Counted from the stretch's first letter, positions 19,061-27,856 are shown. The stretch is 45,775 bases of DNA from Flavobacteriales bacterium (GCA_016763995.1 JAESST010000315.1:1-45775), one strand, 5' to 3'. Notes: generated from the sequence alone by a model not told the origin. Translations and numbers: made by a program.

Positions 19061-19616
19061 AACGCTTGAGCAATATGATCAATCTCTTTTTTTGTGGCTA
19101 AATAGTTGCCATTCGGAAATTTTAGATTTTATCATGTGGCAAGTTTCAGGTAAGCTTCAGTGGGTGCCATTGTATTTAATTCTTCTTTATTTATTGTATA
19201 AAAAGTATGGTAGGAGTATCTGGGTTATTATTATTGGTGCCGCAGCTGCAGTTACATTAGCAGATCAGATTTCAGTTCAATTGTTTAAAGATGTTTTTGA
19301 GCGATGGAGGCCTTGCCATAACTTAGATCTAAAAGAATTGGTGCATACTGTTAATGGGAAGTGTGGAGCTAGATTTGGATTTGTTTCTAGTCATGCAGCA
19401 AATTCATTTGCTACAGCCAGCTTTATTGGTTTGTTACTGAATAAAAAAATACTTAAGTACTTGCTTCTTTGGGCAATATTAGTTGCTTATAGTAGAGTAT
19501 ATTTAGGTGTGCATTATCCAGGAGATATTATAGGAGGAGCAATCTTGGGAACTGCAATTGGGTTTTTTATTTATAAAGGTGTTGGTCTTGGGTTAAAAAG
19601 GATCAATCATGTTTAA
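19044..19616 (+). CDS. PAP2-family membrane phosphatase
   Basis: Acid-phosphatase motifs [17 protein letters not shown] and [12 protein letters not shown], plus several TM helices. It overlaps the obg stop by 17 nt. Confidence 0.8.
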   Translation: MSQMLETLEQYDQSLFLWLNSCHSEILDFIMWQVSGKLQWVPLYLILLYLLYKKYGRSIWVIIIGAAAAVTLADQISVQLFKDVFERWRPCHNLDLKELVHTVNGKCGARFGFVSSHAANSFATASFIGLLLNKKILKYLLLWAILVAYSRVYLGVHYPGDIIGGAILGTAIGFFIYKGVGLGLKRINHV

Positions 19617-19980
19617 TAACATTCTCCTTGTTTTTATTGGAGGCGGCTTAGGTTGTGTTTGTCGCTTTCTTATTTCAAAAATATCATTGCATTATTGTAA
19701 TGGTTCCTTTCCTGTAGGAACGTTTGTTTCAAATGTAATTAGTTGTATAATTCTTGCCCTATTAGTTTATTTCTTCTCTATTAGAACTGATTTAAGTTCT
19801 AAGGCATTGTATTTTTTATTGATTACCGGTTTTTGTGGTGGCTTAAGTACATTTTCTACTTTTAGTTTTGAGACATTTGAGCTATTTAAACAAGGGAATC
19901 CGATGCTTGCTCTCTTAAATATTGTGTTAAGTATATCTGTAGGTCTAGGGGCGATGTATTTTCTCTATAAGCAAAATTGA
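19609..19980 (+). CDS. crcB: fluoride ion channel CrcB/FluC
   Basis: 123 aa with four TM helices. Motifs are GGGLGCVCRF and GFCGGLSTFSTFSFE. It overlaps the PAP2 gene by 8 nt. Confidence 0.9.
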   Translation: MFNNILLVFIGGGLGCVCRFLISKISLHYCNGSFPVGTFVSNVISCIILALLVYFFSIRTDLSSKALYFLLITGFCGGLSTFSTFSFETFELFKQGNPMLALLNIVLSISVGLGAMYFLYKQN

Positions 19981-19985
19981 TTAAA

Positions 19986-21578
19986 ATGAGAAATAACTTA
20001 TTAATAGCTGGGTTGTTATTGACAGGAATATTGTCAGGGCAAACTCAAAAAAGGCCTAAATTAGTGATAGGGGTCGTAGTAGATCAAATGCGCTACGATT
20101 ATCTAGATCGTTTTTTTGATGATTTCTCAGATACCGGTTTTAAGCGATTGATAAATGAGGGCTTCAATTGTAAAAATGTTAATTATAATTACAAGCCAAC
20201 CTATACAGGGCCTGGCCATGCAACTATATTTACAGGAGTCCCTCCATCGGTTCATGGCATTGTGGGAAATTATTGGTTTGATAGAAAGTTGAACAAACCT
20301 GTATATTGTGTTAAAGTTGATTCAAAAGAAGGAATAGAGAAAAACCCATCAAGATTATTAGTAGAAACTTTTGCTGATGAAATGAAGCAATTCTCAAATT
20401 TTAAATCTAAAAGTTTTGGTATTTCGTTAAAAGATAGGGGAGCAATACTTCCTGCGGGTCATCTTGCAGATGGGGCATATTGGTTTGACGATAAAACAGG
20501 GGAATGGATTTCTAGTAGTTATTATCCCAAAAAGAGACCTCAATGGTTAGCTAAATTTAATGATCAAGATTTTGAGAAAGAATACTTAGCTGAAGGCTGG
20601 GGTTTGATGCATGAAGCATCAAATTATTCGGAAAGTTGGCCTGATTTGAATAGTTTCGAAAATAAGTTGAGTGAAAACTCCTCAACTGTATTTCCATACG
20701 ATCTTAAAAGTGTAAAACAAGAAATTGGTTGGGCTGTATTAAAAAGAATTCCTCAAGGAAACCAGATGTCGGCCGATTTATTCATGGAATTGATAGAAGG
20801 CGAAGAATTGGGCAAAGATGAGATAACTGATTTTATTTCACTTAGTTTTTCTGCAACAGATTATGTTGGGCATCGTTTTGGGGTTCAATCAGTAGAAGTT
20901 CACGATACCTATCTTCGACTTGATAGAACGATAGCTGAATTGTTAAGCTTTCTAGATAAAAAGATTGGAGAGAAGGAATATGTGTTTTTTTTAACTTCAG
21001 ATCATGGGGCTAGCATGCCTTTGGCCTATTTAGAAGAAAAAGGCTTACCACATGGGAAAATAGATGGAAAAGAACTTACAGCAAACTTGAAAAAGCAAAT
21101 GCAATTACAATTTGGAGATTCTTCTTGGCTGGCAAAGTTGATGAATCTGAATGTATATTTTAATGAAAGTTTAAAAAGAGCTAACGAACAAAAATATCTA
21201 GAGATTAAATCGTTTACTAAAAAATGGTTTCAAAATCAAGCAGGAATTGTTCATGTTGTAGAAAATGGAGCCTTATTTAAATCTACCGAAGAAAGAGTAA
21301 ATCGCACATTATTGGGAATACACCCAGATAGAGCGGGAGATTTAATTTTAATAGAAGAACCCAATTGGGTGTCTTATTCTGAAAAAGGCTCAACTCATGG
21401 TTCAGCCTACGCCTATGATACTCATGTACCATTAATTTTCTTTGGCAAAGGCATAGAGAATGGAGAAAGCTCAATGCCATATTCTATCACTTCTATCGTG
21501 CCAACATTATCTCTTTTGTTAAATATACCCTTGAATCATGCTTTGCAGACTTCGCCAATTGAGAAGATTATTAGATAA
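19986..21578 (+). CDS. secreted alkaline phosphatase / nucleotide pyrophosphatase-family enzyme (PafA-like)
   Basis: I prefer the ATG at 19986 (MRNNLLIAGLLLTGILSGQ signal peptide) over the TTG at 19977. Motifs are VVVDQMRYDYL, TGPGHATIFTG, TSDHG and GSHG-type metal ligands. Confidence 0.75.
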   Translation: MRNNLLIAGLLLTGILSGQTQKRPKLVIGVVVDQMRYDYLDRFFDDFSDTGFKRLINEGFNCKNVNYNYKPTYTGPGHATIFTGVPPSVHGIVGNYWFDRKLNKPVYCVKVDSKEGIEKNPSRLLVETFADEMKQFSNFKSKSFGISLKDRGAILPAGHLADGAYWFDDKTGEWISSSYYPKKRPQWLAKFNDQDFEKEYLAEGWGLMHEASNYSESWPDLNSFENKLSENSSTVFPYDLKSVKQEIGWAVLKRIPQGNQMSADLFMELIEGEELGKDEITDFISLSFSATDYVGHRFGVQSVEVHDTYLRLDRTIAELLSFLDKKIGEKEYVFFLTSDHGASMPLAYLEEKGLPHGKIDGKELTANLKKQMQLQFGDSSWLAKLMNLNVYFNESLKRANEQKYLEIKSFTKKWFQNQAGIVHVVENGALFKSTEERVNRTLLGIHPDRAGDLILIEEPNWVSYSEKGSTHGSAYAYDTHVPLIFFGKGIENGESSMPYSITSIVPTLSLLLNIPLNHALQTSPIEKIIR

Positions 21579-21585
21579 TAAAAAA

Positions 21586-21609
21586 ACCCCTGAAGTAAAC
21601 TTCAGGGGT
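21586..21609 (-). terminator. intrinsic terminator hairpin between convergent genes
   Basis: CCCCTGAAG / CTTCAGGGG stem (21587-21595 / 21600-21608). An A-run lies on the + strand at 21579-21585, which reads as a T-run after the hairpin on the minus strand. It sits 28 nt downstream of the 342-aa gene stop and 8 nt after the phosphatase stop. Confidence 0.7.
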
Positions 21610-21636
21610 GCAAAACTCATCTATTTTATTAACCAA

Positions 21637-22665
21637 TTAAATTTGATTCGGACGAATCATTATAGAGTTTTGCTTAGGAGAGAAGGTAGTAAACTTCTTT
21701 ACGAAGTCGCGAATTAGTAGCTCTTTGTTAGTATGTACTTGTGATGTGTTTTTTGTTGTTAAGTTGAATCCAAAATTGAAATAATCTCCTGAGCCTTCAA
21801 TTACTCTTAGGCGTTGGAAAAAGTTATCGTTAATTTCAATTTGAGACAGGCTTATTGCGTGAGTTAATGTTTGATTGAAAATTGTATCCATAAACAAGGA
21901 TTCGACTCCAAATGGCATTTCTGAAATTTGTCCATAACAAACTTCAAGCAGTTGTTTAATGCTCCATTTGTTTTCTTTCAATAACTGAGTTTGCTTACAA
22001 TGGCTAGCTAGTAGTAACATTGAAGTGTTCAGAATAGTTTCAGAAATTCTATTCTCATTTATCTGATGAAGAGTTCTAATTTCTTTGTAAACAACGATCA
22101 AATCTTTGATGGTAATCCCTTTGGAATTGTTGTCAAGAAAATAAGATAGCTTTTTACTTAATTTCTCAAATGTTTCGAAAACAAGATTGTTGTTCTCTTC
22201 CATCTCAGTATACTTGTTATATAGGTGAAGATATACTGCATGTAAAGGACTGCCTTTACTGATTTTTGTTAACTCCTTTAATAAGGGAGCAGATTCTTGT
22301 TCTAAATTAAACCTCTTCATTTGGTGGAAAAGATTTTCTAGCTTCTTTGTTTTTTGAGCATTATTTTCAAACTGCTCTAAATGTATAGCATAATGCACAG
22401 TTGCTAAAAAACGATCTCTTGCATTCTCTGCTTTTAATCCGTACAATTCTTGAATTGCAACTAAAATTGGTCTTTCCAATCTTGGATAATTGCTATCATT
22501 TAAATAACAACTGATCATTATTTCTTTCTTAGACTCTCCCATCATCATGCTGTTGAAGATAGAAAGTACTGAGCTGTTGTAAGCAACTTTTGACTGTAAG
22601 CTCTTCTCTACCTCTAGCTGCTGCATGGTGGTTAGTTGGGATAGAAGAGTGGATACTGTCAACAT
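21637..22665 (-). CDS. hypothetical all-helical protein, no recognisable domain
   Basis: 342-aa ORF with ATG start. Composition is typical of helical-repeat proteins (L/E/K/N rich, no TM). It has its own terminator and an upstream region separated from the peptide genes by a strong hairpin. Confidence 0.6.
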   Translation of the reverse strand: MLTVSTLLSQLTTMQQLEVEKSLQSKVAYNSSVLSIFNSMMMGESKKEIMISCYLNDSNYPRLERPILVAIQELYGLKAENARDRFLATVHYAIHLEQFENNAQKTKKLENLFHQMKRFNLEQESAPLLKELTKISKGSPLHAVYLHLYNKYTEMEENNNLVFETFEKLSKKLSYFLDNNSKGITIKDLIVVYKEIRTLHQINENRISETILNTSMLLLASHCKQTQLLKENKWSIKQLLEVCYGQISEMPFGVESLFMDTIFNQTLTHAISLSQIEINDNFFQRLRVIEGSGDYFNFGFNLTTKNTSQVHTNKELLIRDFVKKFTTFSPKQNSIMIRPNQI

Positions 22666-22758
22666 TCGTTTTATTGTTTGTTTGATTACGATGTAAAAGT
22701 ATCCACATACCTTTTCTATATATAGGACATCTTATTTATAATTGGGACAATAGAAATG

Positions 22759-22824
22759 AAAAAAAATCAACTCGAATAACGCATAACTAATTAATATATA
22801 ATTTGTTATGCGTTATTCGAGTTG
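22759..22824 (-). terminator. strong intrinsic terminator (perfect 20-bp stem, 17-nt loop, T8 tract on the minus strand)
   Basis: CAACTCGAATAACGCATAAC (22768-22787) is the exact reverse complement of 22805-22824. On the minus strand the hairpin is followed by A + T8 (22766-22759). It lies ~50 nt downstream of the stop of peptide gene copy 1. Confidence 0.75.
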
Positions 22825-22874
22825 GATAGCTAAAAGTCGTAATATGTTATGTGTTTCTGACTACTTATTCTCCC

Positions 22875-23033
22875 CTAATTTTGTGCAGGAGCTACCACTG
22901 CTTGATCCCAGTCATTTAAATTTCCACCTTCTTCTAGGTACTTAGTTTTTAATTCTTCTTGTGTCCTGGTTTCAAAGTTAGCTGGTGTTCCGTATCCTAG
23001 TAATGAAATTAAAAGTGCAATTAAAGTAGTCAT
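22875..23033 (-). CDS. small peptide gene, copy 1 (52 aa): MTTLIALLISLLGYGTPANFETRTQEELKTKYLEEGGNLNDWDQAVVAPAQN
   Basis: Hand translation; the ORF is below the 60-aa cutoff of the ORF track. ATG start, TAG stop. It has a hydrophobic N-terminal helix and an acidic tail. A paralogue with synonymous differences lies 253 nt upstream, and a terminator lies downstream. Confidence 0.5.
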   Translation of the reverse strand: MTTLIALLISLLGYGTPANFETRTQEELKTKYLEEGGNLNDWDQAVVAPAQN

Positions 23034-23118
23034 AGTAAGGAAGTTATATGTAATTGGTGGTGAATTATTCGGGTTGGACAGCTAGAAGCCGTAATATGAT
23101 TAGTATGTTTCTGACTAC

Positions 23119-23286
23119 TTATTCTCCTTCATTTGGAGCAGGAGCTGCCACTGCTTGATCCCAGTCATTTAAATTTCCACCTTCTTCTAAGTATTCAGTT
23201 CTTAGCTCTTCTTGTGTCATGGTTTCAAAGTTAGCTGGTGTTCCGTATCCTAGTAATGAAATTAAAAGTGCGATTAAAGTAGTCAT
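23119..23286 (-). CDS. small peptide gene, copy 2 (55 aa): MTTLIALLISLLGYGTPANFETMTQEELRTEYLEEGGNLNDWDQAVAAPAPNEGE
   Basis: Hand translation with ATG start and TAA stop. The first 22 aa are identical to copy 1. Differences from copy 1 include 5 synonymous codon changes, which suggests selection on the coding frame. Confidence 0.5.
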   Translation of the reverse strand: MTTLIALLISLLGYGTPANFETMTQEELRTEYLEEGGNLNDWDQAVAAPAPNEGE

Positions 23287-23466
23287 AGTAAGTAAGTTAT
23301 AGGTGTATTTTATATTTTGCTTGCTGCAAACATACGCCTGTTAAAAACTATTATTTTAGGACAAAATAGCTCATTATCGGACAATTAGGGAGGGGGCTTT
23401 TAAAAGAAAGGAAAAGCAGTAAACTGACTAAGAAAGCTTTTCTCTATTTTCGCTTGGACAATAGAA

Positions 23467-25008
23467 ATGGAAAGAAATAGATATTTAACACAATTGCTTG
23501 ATGTAATCCGAGTGCTTAGGGGCTCCGAAGCAGATCTTGCGAAAAAGCATCTTATCGCTTACGAAACAAATCATACAGCAAAGCGTAGGAAAATGTTTCA
23601 GCTGTACAAATATATCAAAATTAATGACATAGAAGATTATGCTAAACTAAAAAAGAAAATTTCCCCCGATTCTACTGACGATTCCTTCAATAAATTGATC
23701 CGAAGAACGACGGGGCGAATTCAAGAATCTTTAATAGTTGACGTGAATATTCGAAGAAAAGACGCGTACAATGAAGTATTTAGAATGAAGTTCTTTTTGA
23801 GAAAACAATTAATGCAGGCTGAAATACTGATGAGTAGAGGCCTAGCCACTCGCCCAAGGATCATATTTGACAACTCTATTCGAATTGCCAAGAAATATGA
23901 ATTGTACGATGAATTGATAGAATCAACTGAATTTAAACAGAGGTTAGTCTATGATACACAAGGGATAAAGGCTTTTAGGCAAGTTGTAGAGGAATTAGAT
24001 TTTTATGAAAAATGCCGGTATTATCTAAGAAAAACAAAAAGAATTCAAACAATGCTTGAAGTGACTATTTTGCAAAAGTCGTTCGTTGGAAAAATTAATA
24101 AGAGCCAAAAAAATGATATTAATAAAATACTAGACTACTACGAAGAAACAAAGTCGGCTAATATATTGAGTTATTATTATTTATTAAAGCTAAGGATAGC
24201 AAAGATAGAGAGTAATTTGAACGAGGTTTCTATGGTAATTAAAAGCCTGATTGATTTAGTAAGTAACTCCTCCGCATTATATTCAATCGCAAGGATCTCA
24301 TTTCTAAAAAGAGAGTTGGCTAATGTAGAGTTTACTAAGATGGATTTTGAGGTGGCTCTAGTAGAGATTGAAAATGCTATAGGTGAGATTAAAAAGGATG
24401 GAATGCTGTATGTTGGTCTTCAGACTAGAAAGCTTGAAATATTAATCTTGTTATCTCGATACCAAGAGGTATTTCCTGTAATTGAAGAGTTTAGCAATTT
24501 AAAGTTTATAGAAAAGTATCCGTATCAACAATCATTGATTAATTATAACAAAGCGATTGCTCATTTTGGGCTTTTGGAATACAAGCAGGCATTAAACCTT
24601 CTTTCTCAAAAGAATGAAACCGAGAAAGATAAAGAAGGTTGGAACGTATGGATTCGAATCATGAGAATTCTATGTTCTATTGAACTCTTAAAGTTGAACA
24701 TGATTGATTATGATGTAGAGAGTTTTCGTAAGTACCTTCAACGAACTGCCAAGCAATATGAAGTTCGCGAGCGTGATAAATTAATTCTAAATGTATTAAT
24801 GGAACTGGACAAGCAGAGCTATAATTTTGAAGCCACTTCTGTAGAAAAAGAAAAGGAATTAAATCTACTCAAATCCACCGATAAAAAATTCGCTTGGAAC
24901 CCAGATTCTCCTGAAATGATTTTATTTCACGAATGGTTTGAAGCCAAACGATTAAAGATGGCATATCTGCCTAATTTTGAGGTTTATCGAGAGGCGAGGA
25001 AAAATTAA
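23467..25008 (+). CDS. hypothetical all-helical (TPR-like?) protein, no recognisable domain
   Basis: 513-aa ORF with ATG start, transcribed divergently from the peptide genes. It has no TM or signal peptide. Helical-repeat-like segments are present (e.g. YNKAIAHFGLLEYKQALNLLSQ). Confidence 0.6.
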   Translation: MERNRYLTQLLDVIRVLRGSEADLAKKHLIAYETNHTAKRRKMFQLYKYIKINDIEDYAKLKKKISPDSTDDSFNKLIRRTTGRIQESLIVDVNIRRKDAYNEVFRMKFFLRKQLMQAEILMSRGLATRPRIIFDNSIRIAKKYELYDELIESTEFKQRLVYDTQGIKAFRQVVEELDFYEKCRYYLRKTKRIQTMLEVTILQKSFVGKINKSQKNDINKILDYYEETKSANILSYYYLLKLRIAKIESNLNEVSMVIKSLIDLVSNSSALYSIARISFLKRELANVEFTKMDFEVALVEIENAIGEIKKDGMLYVGLQTRKLEILILLSRYQEVFPVIEEFSNLKFIEKYPYQQSLINYNKAIAHFGLLEYKQALNLLSQKNETEKDKEGWNVWIRIMRILCSIELLKLNMIDYDVESFRKYLQRTAKQYEVRERDKLILNVLMELDKQSYNFEATSVEKEKELNLLKSTDKKFAWNPDSPEMILFHEWFEAKRLKMAYLPNFEVYREARKN

Positions 25009-25282
25009 TTATGAATTGCTAATTGATAATGAATAATTACTGATGTGGGATTGTGATCGACTTTAGGAGAGACGAAATCTCTTTAAGAATACACCAAATG
25101 TTTTTTCAATGCTTTATATTGATTTTTGGTCTAAAAAATAGAGTAAATGATTGAGAATATAAAAGGATATTGTTTCTTAATAAATTATTGAATTATAAGG
25201 AATAAAAATTATTTTCTATTTAGTATTCAGGATGTTGTCTTGGTGAATTATTAATTAGACAATCGTTATTGTTAATTCTCAA

Positions 25283-25966
25283 TTAGTCACTCAATAAGCC
25301 CTTAATGTCTTTATTGTCGCCATAAATGACCATGATGTCATTCTCTTCCAAAACTGTTTTGGGAGAAGCAACACCTTGAACAGTATTTACCTCTCTATTT
25401 ACACCTAACAGATTTTTCCGTTCCTCTTTTTTTATGGTGGTCAACACAACCACATTATGTCGTCGTCTAAAACCAACTTCTTGTAAAGTTTGTCCAGTAT
25501 ATTTCTTAGGTACTGTTACTTCTACAATGCTATATTGGCTGCTTAATTCGAAGGATTCAACTACACCTTTTAAAGTTAATTTCTTAGCCCAGCGTTCTGC
25601 TGTTTCTTCCTCAGGATGAACCACATCATCTACGCCAATAGCTTCAAGTACTGTTTCATGTAAAGGAGTAATGGCCCGAGAAATTAGGCGTTTTACTTTA
25701 AGGTTTTTTAATACAGCAGTAGTCATCACATTTGCTCCTTGGTCTTCTCCTATAGCAACAATTACAACATCTGTATCTTTTAATGGGAGACCAGATACCG
25801 TAAACTGATCAGTAGAATCCATGCAAACGGTATGGGAAATAGATTCTTTTAATAAGTCTACTTTATCCATATTACTATCTACACCAATTACTTCGTTACC
25901 TGCTTCTGTTAGCTTCTGACCCAAGGAAGATCCAAAGTTTCCTAAACCAAAAATGATATACTTCAT
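25283..25966 (-). CDS. TrkA/KtrA-type K+ transport NAD-binding (RCK) subunit
   Basis: Rossmann N-terminus MKYIIFGLGNFGSSLGQKL..VIGVD with a C-terminal TrkA-C-like domain. It lies immediately downstream of the TrkH-family gene. Confidence 0.85.
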   Translation of the reverse strand: MKYIIFGLGNFGSSLGQKLTEAGNEVIGVDSNMDKVDLLKESISHTVCMDSTDQFTVSGLPLKDTDVVIVAIGEDQGANVMTTAVLKNLKVKRLISRAITPLHETVLEAIGVDDVVHPEEETAERWAKKLTLKGVVESFELSSQYSIVEVTVPKKYTGQTLQEVGFRRRHNVVVLTTIKKEERKNLLGVNREVNTVQGVASPKTVLEENDIMVIYGDNKDIKGLLSD

Positions 25967-25975
25967 GTGTTAAAA

Positions 25976-27754
25976 TTAATTGATTAAGATCTCTTCTTTT
26001 GAATAACGATAGTTTTTAAATTTCTCTTTACGAATCAAAGCAATAAGAATTGTTAGCATGCTTACTCTACCAACAAACATGATCAAGATAATTACTAGCT
26101 TGCTAGGGCTTGAAAGTTCACTTGTAATACCAACACTAAGTCCAACCGTGCTATAGGCAGAGAAACACTCAAACGCAATACTGAGTAGATCTTTTTCACT
26201 ATCGAAGTAGGTAATGGCAAAAACCCCTGCTCCGATAATAACTAGAGAAAGTGTGATAATGGCAAAAGCCCTTCGAACAGATATATCAGAAATCTCTCTT
26301 CGAAAGATTTCAATTCTAGATTTACCTCTTGCTAAACTCCAAAAATTGAGGGTAGCAATTGCAAACGTACTGGTTTTTATTCCCCCTCCTGTGGATGCAG
26401 GAGAGGCGCCTACCCACATTAGTAAGAAAATTAGCATCAAAGTAGAAAAGTTTAATGCTGAAGTATCCACGGTATTGAATCCTGCAGTTCGGGGGCTTGC
26501 TGCGCTAAACATTGCAGTAATCACTTTTCCGAAACCACTATGCTCTGCTAAGGTATTGTTGTATTCAAAGAAGAAAAAAATGATGGAGCCAACTATAAAT
26601 AGTGTTAAACTGGTAATGAGTGTAATTCTAGAACTTAAATTGATCACCCAGGGAGTTACTAAGTTTTCCTTTTTTTCTCCTAAAAGAAATGGAATAATTC
26701 TTTTGCTAACAAGATATTTGAGGTATTTAAAAAGATTGAAAACAATGGGAAAGCCTAATCCTCCAAAGATGAAAAGAACCATAGCAACACCATATATTCC
26801 ATAATTAAATCTGAATGCTCCTGTATATAAACTATTAGGTAAAGTGCTAAATCCTGCATTACAAAATGCCGATATAGAGTGGAAAAAAGAGAAGAAAGTT
26901 CGCTCAAAAAACGAAGGCATTTCAAGTTCGCTTAAATTCCCAAAAATTAGAATAGCGCCCAGAGTTTCAATGCTGATAGTAATTAAAAGTATGTTTTTTA
27001 ACGTACTGAAGACTTCACCTAGCTTGCTTGAGTTAGACATGTCACTTAGCATCAATTGATTTTCATAAGAAGTTCCCCCACGAAAAAAATAACTAAAATA
27101 ACTGGCAAAGGTCATAATTCCAAGTCCTCCAATCTGTATGAGTGTGAGGATAATACATTGTCCGAACAAGGTGAAGTAAGACCCAGTGTCTACCACAATT
27201 AAACCTGTTACGCAAACTGCCGAAGTTGAGGTAAACAGTGCGTTAAGAAAACTAATGCCTCCATGAGAGGCATTGGGCAACATGAGTAAAAGGGCTCCTA
27301 AGAATATTATTCCAAAAAAACTGATGATGAACAGCTGTGCAGGATTAAAATAGGTTCTACTGAGGCTCAATTTTTTTGCAGCTAATTCCCTAATAAATAC
27401 GAGAAATATAGCGATATAATACCAGGGCGTAGAATCAAAGGAATCGAGAAATCCAACTCCTTTCAGAATTTTAAACTGGTCGATGATAAGGATAATAAAA
27501 AGTAAAACACTAATTGTATCAAAGATTAATACTTTAAAGAGCGGGCGGTTTGATTTCTTTGAGTATCGAATTGCGGTGGATACAATACCAATTAATAAAG
27601 TGAAAGCATATAACCACTTTAGTCCTATTTGTGCAATTCCATTCTGATTAAAACCAAAGTCGTAAAAAACGGCAAGAATGGAAATAATACTAATGGTTAA
27701 AGCAGACTGTTTTAATCTTCTTTCAATCAAGGAAGAAAAAGATTTATTACCCAA
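25976..27754 (-). CDS. TrkH/KtrB-family potassium transporter membrane subunit
   Basis: 592-aa polytopic protein. Repeated pore-loop motifs (CVTGL, FCNAGFS, RTAGFNT, TGGGIKT, STVGLS) are characteristic of TrkH/KtrB. Confidence 0.9.
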   Translation of the reverse strand: MGNKSFSSLIERRLKQSALTISIISILAVFYDFGFNQNGIAQIGLKWLYAFTLLIGIVSTAIRYSKKSNRPLFKVLIFDTISVLLFIILIIDQFKILKGVGFLDSFDSTPWYYIAIFLVFIRELAAKKLSLSRTYFNPAQLFIISFFGIIFLGALLLMLPNASHGGISFLNALFTSTSAVCVTGLIVVDTGSYFTLFGQCIILTLIQIGGLGIMTFASYFSYFFRGGTSYENQLMLSDMSNSSKLGEVFSTLKNILLITISIETLGAILIFGNLSELEMPSFFERTFFSFFHSISAFCNAGFSTLPNSLYTGAFRFNYGIYGVAMVLFIFGGLGFPIVFNLFKYLKYLVSKRIIPFLLGEKKENLVTPWVINLSSRITLITSLTLFIVGSIIFFFFEYNNTLAEHSGFGKVITAMFSAASPRTAGFNTVDTSALNFSTLMLIFLLMWVGASPASTGGGIKTSTFAIATLNFWSLARGKSRIEIFRREISDISVRRAFAIITLSLVIIGAGVFAITYFDSEKDLLSIAFECFSAYSTVGLSVGITSELSSPSKLVIILIMFVGRVSMLTILIALIRKEKFKNYRYSKEEILIN

Positions 27755-27826
27755 ATTCTAACAGATAAAATTCTAAGCGCAATGTTAGGACTTTAATCGA
27801 AATTTGCTCAGTAAAATCAATAAAAA

Positions 27827-27856
27827 AGCCCTATCACGATTGAAACGAATAGGGCT
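27827..27856 (-). terminator. intrinsic terminator downstream of the YceI-like gene
   Basis: AGCCCTAT (27827-27834) pairs with ATAGGGCT (27849-27856). On the minus strand the hairpin is followed by TTTTT. It lies 19 nt after the stop at 27875. Confidence 0.55.

Larger units (their letters stand above)
22810..23304 (-). repeat. two-copy tandem duplication (unit ~250 bp), each unit carrying one small peptide gene with its leader and trailer
   Basis: 22810-23051 aligns by eye with 23062-23304 at an offset of 252-254 nt. Shared strings include GTTGGA(T/C)AGCTA(A/G)AAG(T/C)CGTAATATG, TTTCTGACTACTTATTCTCC, CTGCTTGATCCCAGTCATTTAAATTTCCACCTTCTTCTA and GGTTTCAAAGTTAGCTGGTGTTCCGTATCCTAGTAATGAAATTAAAAGTGC. 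Confidence 0.85.

Noticed and set aside
22875-23286. Reading the small peptides as double-glycine (GG) leader bacteriocin or RiPP precursors cleaved after LEEGG.
   Set aside because: Positions -4 and -7 relative to GG are charged rather than hydrophobic. The hydrophobic N-terminal helix is atypical for GG leaders. No C39-peptidase ABC transporter or maturase is nearby. I keep it only as a remote alternative.
26214-27059. Plus-strand ORFs 26214-26804 (196 aa) and 26844-27059, opposite the TrkH-family gene.
   Set aside because: They are shadow frames of a clearly recognisable polytopic transporter gene. They show no independent start context or motifs.
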